Source: Chiloscyllium plagiosum | Lineage: Eukaryota | Length of the DNA: 64,000 bases | Reading direction: 5' to 3' | NCBI RefSeq assembly: GCF_004010195.1 | Contig: NC_057755.1 | Coordinates: 759,581-823,580 of the forward strand | Part shown: one piece after another, positions 25,200 through 36,489 of the stretch | Position numbering within the stretch: the first letter of the stretch is position 1 | Layout: every line of letters starts with the position of its first letter | The notes under the pieces: generated by a model | What the model saw: only the letters and a program-made list of their open reading frames with translations | Told to the model about the DNA's origin: nothing | The model's database searches: none | Translations under genes and position numbers: made by a program

Positions 25200-27065
25200 G
25201 GAGTACGCCATACAATGTGACAGCTCTGCCAGGTATCAGGCAGTCTCCTCAGGCAATCATATCGCTCCATCCAATGACTATCTGTCACGTCAAATACAAA
25301 AAAGGAACCTTTCCACCCAATTTGATGCCTGTTCTCAACCAATCAGGGAGTTACATGTATTTGTCCCCTCACACTAGACCCCCCCCCCCCAAACCGGGGA
25401 AACGTCTTCCCTGTAACTCATCTATCTAAAACCTGTTAGAATTTCATACATTTTCATCAAATCTCTTCTCATTTCCTGAAATCTCATAATCACAGACGAA
25501 GTCGAACCAAACTCTCTTCATGCTATAGTATTGTCACCTGAGTGTCAACGTAGTGAAGTTTTTCTGAGCTTCATCTGAGTCCCTGTCATTTCTTAGAGAG
25601 AGACACCAAAACTACTCACAGTCGTGTGGTATCACCAAAGCTTCAGATCACTACTTTGAGACATCCATATTTCTCAACTCAAAACGTCTTGCAAAATTTG
25701 TCATTTTAATTGATTGCCATGCCCATCTGTAAAGTGTGTCGCTGGAAAAATCACATCAGGTCAGATCGCATGCGACGACCAAAAGAGTCGATTTTTCAGA
25801 CATAACCCTTCGTCAGGTCTCGATGAAGGGCAATGCCCAAAATATCGACTATGTTCTTCCTTGATGATTCCTCACCTGCTGTGGCCTTCCCCGCGCCACA
25901 CCCTCCAGAATTTGCAGCTGTCACTGTCCCCAGTCACTCAGTCTGTCTGTCTACTCTCATTGACACAAGCAAAATGTCATCTACTCGTGCACAATAAGCC
26001 TACTGATTTTTGTGTCGCTGGCCAGCTTGGACATGTTGTCTTTGCTTCTGTCGTTTATGTTGTTAATAAATATCACGGAGATATGGGGCACAAGGTATTA
26101 CGTTAGTCAGTGCCTGACATCGAGAGAAACGACCCATTTGTTCCCATTGTCTGTGTCTAGTATGACAACTAATTCTCAGTCTACGTCAATATTTTGCTCC
26201 ACAATCCATGCACTTATATTTGTCTATGTGGTTCTTGTGTGGATTTTCATCAAACGCCTACATTATTGGAAGCTCACCTAATCCACAGCTTCATCCCTCT
26301 CTATTCCTTTGGTTGTAGTCTTAAAAGCCTCCATACTGACTTTACCTATTTCTTTTAAACTTAGCTAAATGTGCATTTCCCCTTTTGTTAATCACAGATT
26401 CGAACAATTTCTCACGACTGTTAGGCTAACTGTTCTATCATTCTCGTTTTTTTTCTCACAGTTTTTTTTTAAATAGTGTGGTTACTCTTAGCACCCTCCA
26501 ATCGATTCGAAGTTCTCAACAGTCTGCTGAATTTTGGAAGATGATTACGAAAATCCAATATTACCAAGGACACAATCTTCAGCACACTCCAGGGGGGAAT
26601 TATCACGGCCTGGTGATTTGTTAAAGCATTTAATCCCTTTAATTTTCCAATTGTAATTATTTTTTTTTAATTTACGGATTTTCTTGAATTTCACGCTTTA
26701 CCTAAAGCCTTGTCAATATTACATTTCTGAGACGTTATTTGTGAAGCAAAATCTATATATATATATGTTTAATTCTTCGAACATTTTCTTTCTCCACTCC
26801 TGACAAAATTTCCACGAATTCTGACTTTAAGGGATTCACATTTGACATCACACTTTTTTAAAATTTCATATATCCTCGAAAACATTTTCACTCATTTTCT
26901 TATGTTCCCTGTACATTTTTTCGCACGTAGGATTGTTCCAGTCTGGACAAATCTATTCGTCTTCTCTTTCTGAATTCCGAAATGCTCAAGCTCAGGCTTG
27001 TCTCTTTTCTGGACATTTTAGCCATTTCCTCCTTGGATTCAATAGTATTCATAATGTCTTTTGCA
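25200..27065 (-). mobile_element. Degenerate CR1 ORF2 fragments
   Basis: Antisense remnants of RT and 3' region, e.g. acaccaaaactactcacag and gttactcttagcaccctccaatc (WRVANV). Confidence 0.65.
25730..25935 (+). mobile_element. Older copy of the palindromic Penelope-derived element
   Basis: Same arms as the 14266 element, with centre cataacccttcgtcaggtctcgatgaagggcaatgcccaaaatatcg (two decayed opposed hammerhead cores). Confidence 0.75.
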
Positions 27066-27266
27066 AGCTTTCCCTTCTTAAGTTCAAAAATATACTTTAT
27101 TCACAAAAAAAACTTCATACGCATACGTAGGTGCTAAAAGAGTATAGTTCTTAACAACAGCATATGAAGAAACAAACAAACGTTTGAGTTTGACTCTATC
27201 CAGCCTACAAACTGAAGGCAATTCTTACTTGCCCAACATTACATGTATATACAATTGTACCATCAG

Positions 27267-27363
27267 GAGAGAGAGAGAGAGATCGAGACAGAGATCGAGA
27301 CACACAGAGCGAGAGAGAGCGGGAGAGAGAGTGAGAGAGGGAGAGAGAGAGACAGACAGAGAC

Positions 27364-27399
<36 letters not shown>
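27267..27399. repeat. (GA)n / (GACA)n microsatellite at the tail of the Rex fragment
   Basis: Directly visible. Confidence 0.97.
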
Positions 27400-27402
<3 letters not shown>

Positions 27403-27782
27403 TTTTTATTTGTCATTTCTACCGCATACAATTGGTACAGTTCCTCCAGGAGCAAGGGTGCTACATGGACAGTACAAACTACACAATCGTACACGGCGTG
27501 AAGTGCACAAGAAGTGCAAGTTATAATGAAATAGAAGAATGATAAATAATAGACATTCTTCGAGCAGCAATTTGAAGTCGTGCAAAACATTTCTCATGGA
27601 ATAGAGTCCGATCATACTGTGTTAAGGAGTCTGACGGCTTGGAGGAAGAAACGCTTGCACAGTCTGGTCGTGAGAGACTGAATGCTTCGATATGTTTGAA
27701 TGAAGGGTGTGTGGGATCGTCTACAATGCTCTTCGCCTTTCAGATTCCGCATGCTGTGTAAATGTCTGTAATGGAGGGAAGA
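27400..27782 (-). mobile_element. Rex-Babar 3' fragment
   Basis: Closely similar to 32220-32640. It is absent from the paralogous 47556 site (catcaggagggtc). Confidence 0.8.
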
Positions 27783-29039
27783 GGGTCCGAGAAATGAACG
27801 GTCCCCCCATTGAACTTCAACACAAGACTTTAGACGTTAGTCTTGCCCTAATTCCGCTTTGTCTGCAAATATCTGAGCTTCACTGCACTCCTGAGAGCAT
27901 TGTCCCGACATTTGTGCCATATTGGGTCGAGTTCAACTCCTTGCTCTGGAAAACCGATCAAGTTCTGCCAAAGAGCGTCTTTCACTGAGCTGTTCGTCCT
28001 TCAGGCATTATTGATATTTTCTTGGCCTGCTTCAGGGGGAACAACGCGATGAACAGAGAATCGTGCATCATGGAACTTCTCGGAATGAAAATTGCAAGAA
28101 ATAAATTGTGGCTTTCTCCAGAATTCTTTTACAAAGTTACTTTCTAGTACTACATATATGACAGTCTCGATGCTCATGCAACCACTTCGAGGGCAGCGTG
28201 AGGCGGTGCGAAGAGTCCAGATGTACATCAAGGAACTCACAACTTGTGCCCTTCCCAACAACATCCAAGTGATATCTTAGTTCTTGCTGCAAACTCCTAG
28301 AGATGAGGCATTCTGCCAAATTACTTTGAAACTTTCTTGATTATTGCTACTAGACAGAAATGATTAATTATTTTACTTCATGTGCACGTTTATTGCATAT
28401 TAGCCATTGCCTATCCTCTGCCAATTCTTTTATAAAGATTCCCCAATCCATCGTTGCCAACTTACTCACAATTTAATCCTTGTTCTCTTCATTCAGATTC
28501 AAGAATCGCAGTTTTAGATTTAATTTCTTCACTCTCCTTCTGAATAAACAATTCTACCATTTTATGGTCACTAATTCCAATGGACCCCAAACAATAAGAT
28601 TGTAAATTAATATCATATAATTGCATATACCAATCCACGACATCTTCTTCTCACGGTTCTTGCTCAACATGTTGACCTAAAATAACATCACATGAAGAAT
28701 TCAGGAAATTGTCCTATTAATAGTTTCGTTTGTCAAACCAGTAAGGTTATAACAGTTAATTATGGCTGCAGTTGAACAGTGCATGCATCGTGTTAAATTC
28801 CTTCCTGCATGTCTCCAGTACTATTTGGAACCGACAGACAAATTCTACCAGTATTTACTGTAGCTTGGTGATTCCTCCCGCCAACCATAACATTTCTAGG
28901 AGTTCTACGTATGTTAACATAGAGCTGGAGGAGCCAAGGAATCTGCTGCACTTATTTCGTGGAGGAGAGACAGGACGTGATTGCAGTATCAGCTTAGATG
29001 GAGGTAAAGTAATTTATGTTTCGTTTTAATGGGACCAGC

Positions 29040-30250
29040 CTTTGGAATTCAGAAGCAGAAGTGCCTTCGGAGTTGCATTTCAGAATCTCCTTAAGTTTAA
29101 CGTGCACAGTTCAGCTGGAAGGCAGATGAAATGTTCACATATATTACAAGAGGGCAAGAACACAGGAGCAGGGATGTACTGTTGAAACTGTATTAGGGTC
29201 TGGTCTGATTGCATTTGGAATATTCTGAACAGTTGTGGAGTCCGTATCTATGAAAGCAGGTGCTGGCTTCCAGGTGGTCCAGAGAATGTTAACAAGACGG
29301 AGTCCAAGGAAGAAGGGTTTGTGGCATCAGGAGCAGGTGAGGAATCTGTGTCTGCATTCAATGGAGATCACAAGGATTGGGGAGGGAAATCCCATTGAAA
29401 CTTACAGAATACTGTGAGACCTGTATAGACTCGACATAGTGAAGATGATTCCATTGGTCGGAAAGAGTGTGATACAAAGGGAAAACCTCAGAGTGCAGTT
29501 ATGTCTCTTTATAATTCCAATGAGTAGGAATTTTCTTAATCAGTTGGTGGGGAATCTGTGGAACTGAATGCCGCAGAAGGCTTTTACGTCCAAGCTCCTG
29601 ACTGCAAATATGACAGAGATAGATCGGTAAAAGCTGACAGCACCTGTTACCATTTCGGAACAAGCAATACTTCCTGAGGATGGTTCTCAAGAAGAGAGAA
29701 ACAGATTGTGGATTGGCAACGGAATGGAGGCTGATAGGGAGAAGGCAGAAGAATCTGGCAATCAAACACGTTACTTCTTAATTTTCACCTTATTTGAGAA
29801 TGGACATTCTCTAGAGTGGGTGGTTTATGAGGAGAGATTGAGTCGATTGCGATTATACATTGAAATTTAGAAGAATGAAGAAGGGATCTTATGGAAACAT
29901 TTAAATATATGATGATAATAGATAAGATAGAAACAGGAAGATTATTTCCACTGGCAGGGGAAACTAGATCTCGGGGTCATAGCCTCAAAGCAAGTAGATC
30001 TGATGAGGATATTAGTTGAGGAGAAACTTCTTCACAAACGGGTTGTGAATCTATGGTATTCAGTGACCAGTGAAGTTGTTGACACTATCTGGTTGTACTC
30101 AAAGATAGATTTTTGAACTTTAAAGAAATTAATGGTTATGGTGAGCGGGACAGTAAGTGGAGCTGGGTACATGAGAAGATCAGCCATGATCTTATTTAAT
30201 ACAAGAACCGGCTTGATGAACCAGATAGACTGCTCCTATTTCTACTGTCC
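29040..30250 (+). mobile_element. Two old CR1 3'-end fragments
   Basis: catttggaatattctgaacagttgtgg (HLEYCxQ.W), gaatctgtggaac, and gaaacttcttcacaaacgggttgtgaatctatgg (FFTQRVVNLW-like). Confidence 0.7.
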
Positions 30251-30564
30251 TTCTGATGGAGTGCTGGGACAGAGTTGATGGAGAGAATGTTCTACTTCTG
30301 CTCCGAAATCCAATGGGTAGAAAATGGAAAACAAGCAGAAGAGAGAGGGAGGCTGCAAGGATAGAGAAAATAGAGTTTGAGTGAGGGCAGAATGGACGAA
30401 GGAGCAAAGACTGGAGAATGGTCCAGAGGTGTGTAATGGAAATCAGGAGCCAGGGTCACTGGAAATCAGCGAGGAAAGTAAGTCCTTGAAATTTTCTTTG
30501 TAAGGTAGCATTTGGTCCAGTGGTACAATATGAGTCTTGCCAGGGATCCTTTTTTTGTTCGATA

Positions 30565-30860
30565 GGGGTGGCACGGTGGCAAAGTGGTGAGCACTGCTGC
30601 CTCACATCACCAGAGACCCGGGTTCAATTCCCGCCTCGGGCAACTCTAGGTGTGGAGTTTGCACATTCTCCCCGTGTCTGCGTGGGTTTCCTCCGGGTGC
30701 TCGGGTTGCCTTCCACAGGCCAAAGATGTGCAGGTTAGGTGAATTGGCCATGCTAAAGTGCTATGTGAAGGGGTAAATGTAGGCGAATGGGTCTTTGGAG
30801 AGTCGGTGTGGAGTTATTGGGCCGAAGGGCCTGTTTCCACACTGTAAGTAAGTACTCTAA
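30565..30860 (+). mobile_element. HE1-type V-SINE, full length
   Basis: tRNA-derived head (tggcacggtggc...gggttcaattccc), V-domain (gtggagtttgcacattctccccgtgtctgcgtgggtttcctccgggtgctc) and CR1-derived tail (gggccgaagggcctgtttcc). Confidence 0.93.
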
Positions 30861-32219
30861 TGAACGCTTGATCAATTGTTCCAAATAAGATTGAACGTGA
30901 GACCCGAGATGACATAACAAGTGCCCAACTAACTCGTTGAAAACTTCCAGCTTTTTGAATGTCCATCGGAAATGCATCCACTGTGATCATATACAAAACA
31001 TGTTTCCGATTATGCATTTCTTTGTGCAGAAGTGTGCCTGTGGGTTTTGGAGAAAGAATAATAAATTTATGCATGCTGTCATCTGCACTCTTATATCGAC
31101 ATTGGTTTTCTACTGCATGTTTTGGCTCCACGTTCTTGATCCTGAGTAGGTGAAGACATTGATGTATTATTCCAATCCGTGTCTGTCCAAATCTCGATTG
31201 GGAATACAGCGTCTTCACTTTCCACAGTCAACCGTTCTGGTCCCTGCTCCAAACCCGCTTTTCACCACCTGATCCACCCCACTCCCATCTCCAAATGTCC
31301 TAAATGCTGAAGCGGTTAAGTGAAATCCGTGAACCTGGCACGTTTGAAGTAATGCACCATTCTGGATGCAGTCAAACCAGGACATATTATTCAGACGGAC
31401 TCATTTAGGCATTTTAGGTTTGTCCATTGCTGTTGTTTGATGATAGCACAACAAAACATTGAAGTTTCATAAGCAGGGGAAAAAACATGTAGACCTGGCT
31501 GTCCATGCTCACTTGAGTACAGCACAGTTTCATCGGAATAACAGCTGAACTGTAATGTTTCAATATTGACGAAGTGAAATGACTCAAACCCAGGGTTGTA
31601 CATCTGAAATTTGTAAGAATCTGAGAGGGGTAAAGTTACCAGGAGGATAATGAAACATGCTGAAATGAATGGACAAAAAGACCTCTTGCTTTTTTTTCAA
31701 TCGGAATAGGATCAGCATCTCTAAATGTAACAATGGTCTGAAATTATTTCAAGACTAAATGGAAGGAAAATTGCCTCCTATTTTTCTGCATTATGTTCCA
31801 CAATTTCTTCTGTACTCACTCACTCACTGAAAACAAGCACTATGTTATCCATAAACCTTGCACTTGATCCATCATCTCAGTCATTAACTAGCATTACAAA
31901 GAGCTGCATCTCGAGTAACAATTTCTGTGGCACCGACTACAACCATTCTGATAACCCAAAAATTACAAGTTCATTCCCAATCTCCGTTTTTCTCCTTTAT
32001 CAGCCTTCACAGCAAGTCATATTTCCCCATCACTGCCTGGGCTCACTGGCAACACTAAACGTCTCCCCTGTAAACTGTGAAGACAGTTGACAATTCTGAC
32101 TCCTTCAAACTGTAAAACTTTCCTGACCTTAATCCCTCAATGTTCCTACAAGCTGTTCAATCCAATTATCAGTCAGTTGTGTTGGGTTTAATCACTGGAC
32201 ATGTCCAGTACAGAGGAGC

Positions 32220-32960
32220 AGAGAGTAGCTTCGATTTGTCATTTTCACCATATACAAGTGATACAGTAAAAACGAGGCAGCGCTCCTCCAGGACCAAGGG
32301 TGCTACGTGGCCAGCACAAACTACACAACCACATACAGCATGAAGTGCATAAGCACTGCAAAACACGCAAGCTACAGTGTAATAGAAGAATGATAAATGA
32401 TAGACATTATTCTCGAAGCAATGTGAAGTCATGTAAAGGACTTCAGATGGGAAAGAGTCCGATCATAATGTGTTAGGGAGCCTGATGGCTTGGGGGAAGA
32501 ATCTGTTGCACAGTCTCACCATGAGAAAATGATGGCTGGAGAGGGAAGAGTTTGAATGAGTGGTGCGTGACGTCTTTCACAATGCTTTTAGGCTTTCGGA
32601 TACAACTTACGGTGTAAATGTCTGTAATGGAGGGAAGAGAGACCCTGATGATCTTCTCAGTTGTCCTCACTATCTGCTGCAGGGTCATACGATGTGAGTC
32701 ATTACAATTCCCGAATCAGGCAGTGATGCAGGAACTCAGGCAACTCTCAACGAACCCTCTGTAGGTTGTGGTGAGTATGGGGTAAGGAGGTGCGCTTTCC
32801 TCAGCCTGCAGAAAGTAGGGACGCTGCTGTGCTTTCTTGGATATGGAGCTGCTGTTGAAGGTCAGGTTGAGATTCTCCGCCAGGTGTATGCCAAGAAATG
32901 TGGTGTTCTTCAAAATTTCCACGGGTGGGCATTCGCCTTGCAGTGAAGAGTGATCGCTCC
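32220..32960 (-). mobile_element. Rex-Babar LINE RT C-terminus and 3' end
   Basis: TFLGIHLAENL..SISKKAQQRPYFL..PILTTTYRGFVESCLSSCITA; LQQIVRTTEKIIRVSLPSITDIY. Confidence 0.88.
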
Positions 32961-33904
32961 AGATAATTAAGAATTATTCACTCCAATCTTCTTCTGTGCA
33001 TGTCATGTGTCTCTCAATACTAACCTCTGTACATGTCCAGTGCACAATGAGTAACAGAGAATGTTTCACTCCTTCTCCTGCTGTACATGTATATCACAGA
33101 GTCAGCTGTGCACACTGTCCAGTTTATGGAGTAATCCACTAGCACGGCCGGCACAGCTCTCCATCTTAGCCGTTTCCTTACCCCAATTTATGGTGTTTGG
33201 GATGGTTCTGTGAGGCACCCAAAACTAGCCGTGCACGTCCATTAAATGGCCTCGAACTTGGCCTGACAATCTCTACTGGGAAATAAATCCATATTAACTC
33301 TTTCCCAAATGATTCCTCCCTCACTTTGGACGTCAACCAACTGGAAATAACATATTCATTCCGCCCTTGCAAAACCTATAATATCGCTACTACATAAGAC
33401 AGTAGGTAGATTAGAACTGCAATGTTATGACAGTTCTGCTCCCCATGGAACATGAAGAACAGAATTGCACTGGGATGAGCACAGAGTCGACTTACAACCA
33501 AATTACCAGTTCTTCAAAATTATAGCAGCATTGATGGAAGACAGGATAGGGCTAGGCTTGTTTTCTGGAGATCAGAGGAGAATGTGAGGTGATGCAATTA
33601 AGGTGTACAAACCCAGGAGAGTTTTGATACAGACCTGCTACCATAACACACAGTGAGGCTGATTGCTTGGAGGATGATATGATTCATGAGGGCTAACCCT
33701 TCCATCAGGACCTTGGTGGTGTGTCTGGACTTCATCCCAGTTTGGTGGCAATTCTCAACTCATTTAAATGCAACCAGGAACTTGAACAGAAAAGAAATAA
33801 CTGTCAAGACTGCGGTCCAGGTTTTGGAAGTTGGAATGAGAACAGGGACCTAGTTCCATTTCCTTTGAAAAAGGAGCACCTGTCCTTTGTTTGCAATGAT
33901 AAGT

Positions 33905-34105
33905 TCTTGTCTGCAGAAAAACAGAATTAAATGTTTAAGTCCAGTAACCGATCCTCAGAAGATTTTATTTTCCTATGAAGTTGTATTCCAGACACGAAAC
34001 ATTAAGTCTATTGCTCTCTTCACCGATGCTGTCTTACTGTTGAATTCCTCAAGCTAATTTTGTTTCTGTTCCACGTTTTCAACATCAACAGATGTTTGAT
34101 TTCTG
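33905..34105 (+). mobile_element. Degraded palindromic Penelope-derived element, a different family (related pieces at ~17915-18015, 53255-53310 and 63200-63255)
   Basis: Remnant of a ctgangaa...gaaacatt core followed by ctctcttcaccgatgctg..ctgttgaattc. Heavily decayed. Confidence 0.45.
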
Positions 34106-34600
34106 AATACAAAGTTTAAAATCCCAACAAGCCTCTCCGAATCAATTCCTGGAAACATAGAAGCCTTATTATATCAATGCTCCACTGAAGCTGCACTCGG
34201 CCCAGTTTCCATAACTGGGCTCATCGCCTGGAATATTATTACACTGCGACTCCTCATCCAAGTAGTCCTAAATGGTTGTGAGGTTCGTTGCCTCAGCTAC
34301 CATCCCAAGCAGTGCATCCCAGAGCCCCACCACTCTCTGGGTGAAAGCCTTTTCTTCAAATCCCCTCTGCCTTTCCTTTTAAAAACTATGCTCCATTACT
34401 TTTCCGCATGAATTAATTAAAACACAAGAGCGCACAGCTAAGAAATGACTTAGGCTTACAGATGTCGTTTTAAGATTTGTTATCTGAACGCGCCCAACTG
34501 ATGTATTTAGGTGCTAACTACATCTATAGCTCCCTGGGCAGACTCAGAAAATGTTTGATCTGAAATTTCCAATTCCCGTTTTATCATCTGTCTCTTATAG

Positions 34601-35518
34601 TTAATTTCCTGGTGGTTTTGATTCTAGCACAAGGAAAATGTAGACTCTCTAAGTGCACAACGCGCTGCCTGTTGGCTATGGCAATGTCAGATCTACTGTT
34701 CATTGTCATAAACATCACACTAAGGCGATTCAATATGTATTTCTACCAAAGGTCTCTGCTGGACCTCACCCTTGTGTGCAATGTTGACTTTGCCCTGACT
34801 CGGTGCAACCACAGACTGTTCCGTGTGGTTCACTGTCCTTTTCTCCTTTGATCGCTTTGTGGTCATTTCCTGCCAGAAGCTGAAGAGTAAATATTGGATA
34901 TAGAAAACCTTCGCTGTGGCGTTTGCGACAACTGGCATTCTGCTCTGTTCAAAATGTATTCGTTTTTATTTTGTGTTTAAACCTCGGAAGATAATTAGTA
35001 ATATTCCATGGTTCTGCTGAATAAAAACAACCTATTTTATTGATACCAGGTGGCTGGGATTTAAGTAGTTTGATAACATTTTAACCCCTTTTATTCCATT
35101 CGTGTTAGTTCTTTTGATGAACGCTCTGACAGTAAAGCAGGTATTTGTGACCAAGCGACTCCGCAAGACCCTGAGGGGTTTTAGCAAGAGAGAGAATCAG
35201 AAAGATGCAGAGGCAGAGAGCCGAAGGAAGTCGGTGATATCCCTCTTCACTATATCCATCAGCTTTATACTTCTGTGGTGAGTGTATGGTATAACATTCT
35301 TATCCCAAGGCTTTAACGGAACAAAAGACAATCTTGGGGAGACAAATATTTTACCGTATGTGGGGGACGTGCTCAAGGATTTCAGCTGCAATACCAGCAC
35401 ATTATTTTACGCAGTGACTGTGCCCAAGTTCAGAGAGAAGTTGAGGAATGCGGTACAACAATTGGTCAAGTCGAATCTTCACTTCAGGATGCCAGCAATG
35501 CCACTGGGAGGTCCATAG
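34601..35518 (+). pseudogene. GPR139/GPR142-like class A GPCR pseudogene, main coding exon (TM1 to C-terminus)
   Basis: A pyrimidine-rich acceptor, tgtctcttatag, ends at 34600. Translation: (V)NFLVVLILAQGKCRLSKCTTRCLLAMAMSDLL..VC..[frameshift ~34804]ATTDCSVWFTVLFSFDRFVVISCQKLKSKY..NIPWFC..LTPFIPFVLVLLMNALTV..RRKSVISLFTISISFILLW..FSCNTSTLFYAVTVPKFREKL. In-frame stops at 34901, 35018, 35066 and 35279. Confidence 0.92.
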
Positions 35519-35573
35519 ATGGCCGCAGTATTCCAATTTCACGAATTGCGTATGTCTAGTCAGGATCCCATCA

Positions 35574-35780
35574 GTACAAAGTGAGGACTGCAGATGCTGG
35601 AGATCGGAATCGACCATGTGTTGCAGGAAAAGCACAGCAGGTCAGGCAGCATCCGAGGAGCAGAAGGGTCGACGAAACGGACATAAGTCCATCATCAGGA
35701 ATGGAGCGCTGATGCCCAAAACGTCTGTTCTCCTGTTCCTCGGATGCTGCCTGACCTGCTGTGCTCTTCCAGCACCACAC
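35574..35780 (-). mobile_element. Palindromic Penelope-derived element (same family as 14266, opposite orientation)
   Basis: Inverted arms gcacagcaggtcaggcagcatccgagga / tcctcggatgctgcctgacctgctgtgc. A degenerate 14-bp TSD is seen as tcaggatcccatca (35560-35573) / tcaggattcaatca (35781-35794). Confidence 0.85.
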
Positions 35781-36489
35781 TCAGGATTCAATCAACACAA
35801 TCACATGGATCTGAGTATAACACCCTGCTGTGGGAGCGGGGAACACGATGGGGCACCATTCACCACACACAGGAACACGCTGCTATCCCTGAATAACTGA
35901 TAGATTGACACACAGACAATTAGCAGCAGTAGGTCATTCAGCCAAAACGCCTGGTCCACCCACCATTTCAGAAGATCAAGACGCAACCAATTGTAGCATC
36001 ATATCTGCGTTCACATCTGCCCCTGATAACCACAACACCCCATCACACCTCTTCCCCCCAACAAAGCTTAACAAGTATCAATCCTTCTGCGCCTTTAATT
36101 ATTTAAGGGCATAACAAGGGATAGCAGTGAAGTGGAAAGTAGGTTACTGTGCGGGTGGGAGTGGAAGGGTGTGGTGGCGGTCGTGGAATGGACTTCAGCA
36201 GGATTTGACATGATGGACTCGCTGTGAGGGATGGGTTCAGCTGGAAACCCGGGTCTCCACGACCTGCCTTGTGGACAAGTGTTCAAGACCAGCAAGAGGA
36301 TTTCTCCTGCAGGCGAGGAGAGGTGGAGACAGAAAGATTCCCACTTGAACATTGATGATTGTCAGATTCGCTATGTTCAACTTGCAATGAACACTTTAAT
36401 ACAGTGAAAGGTTCTCTGTGCTTGTGGATCATCTCGCCTGAGATGCTGATTATTTCGTGCACTTTTGTTTAATTTTTAACGTGTTTCTT

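Larger units (their letters stand above)
27070..28330 (-). mobile_element. L1-Tx1 LINE 3' end (zf-RVT CCHC region), interrupted by a Rex fragment
   Basis: LLGRAQVVSSLMY..RCPRSGC..ETV..VLE..FVKEFW. A minus-strand aataaa lies near 27097. Confidence 0.78.
26400..28400 (+). repeat. Direct segmental duplication, copy 1 (paralogous to ~46697-48180)
   Basis: The same CR1 remnant carries a Tx1 3' end inserted at the same point: ttcttaagttcaaaaatatactttatt vs ttctttaacttcaaaaatataggttatt. Confidence 0.85.

Noticed and set aside
27184..27615. ORFs with long RE or LS runs
   Set aside because: They are translations of the (GA)n microsatellite and the Rex 3'UTR.
30565..30640. tRNA-like A/B boxes (also at 46620-46694 and 62912-62975)
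   Set aside because: These are SINE heads continuing into the V-domain; there is no complete cloverleaf.
30997..31149. Candidate exon 1 for the 34601 GPCR (…LVFYCMFWLHVLDP)
   Set aside because: Only a vague TM1 resemblance, and no GT donor in the required phase. Exon 1 remains unidentified.
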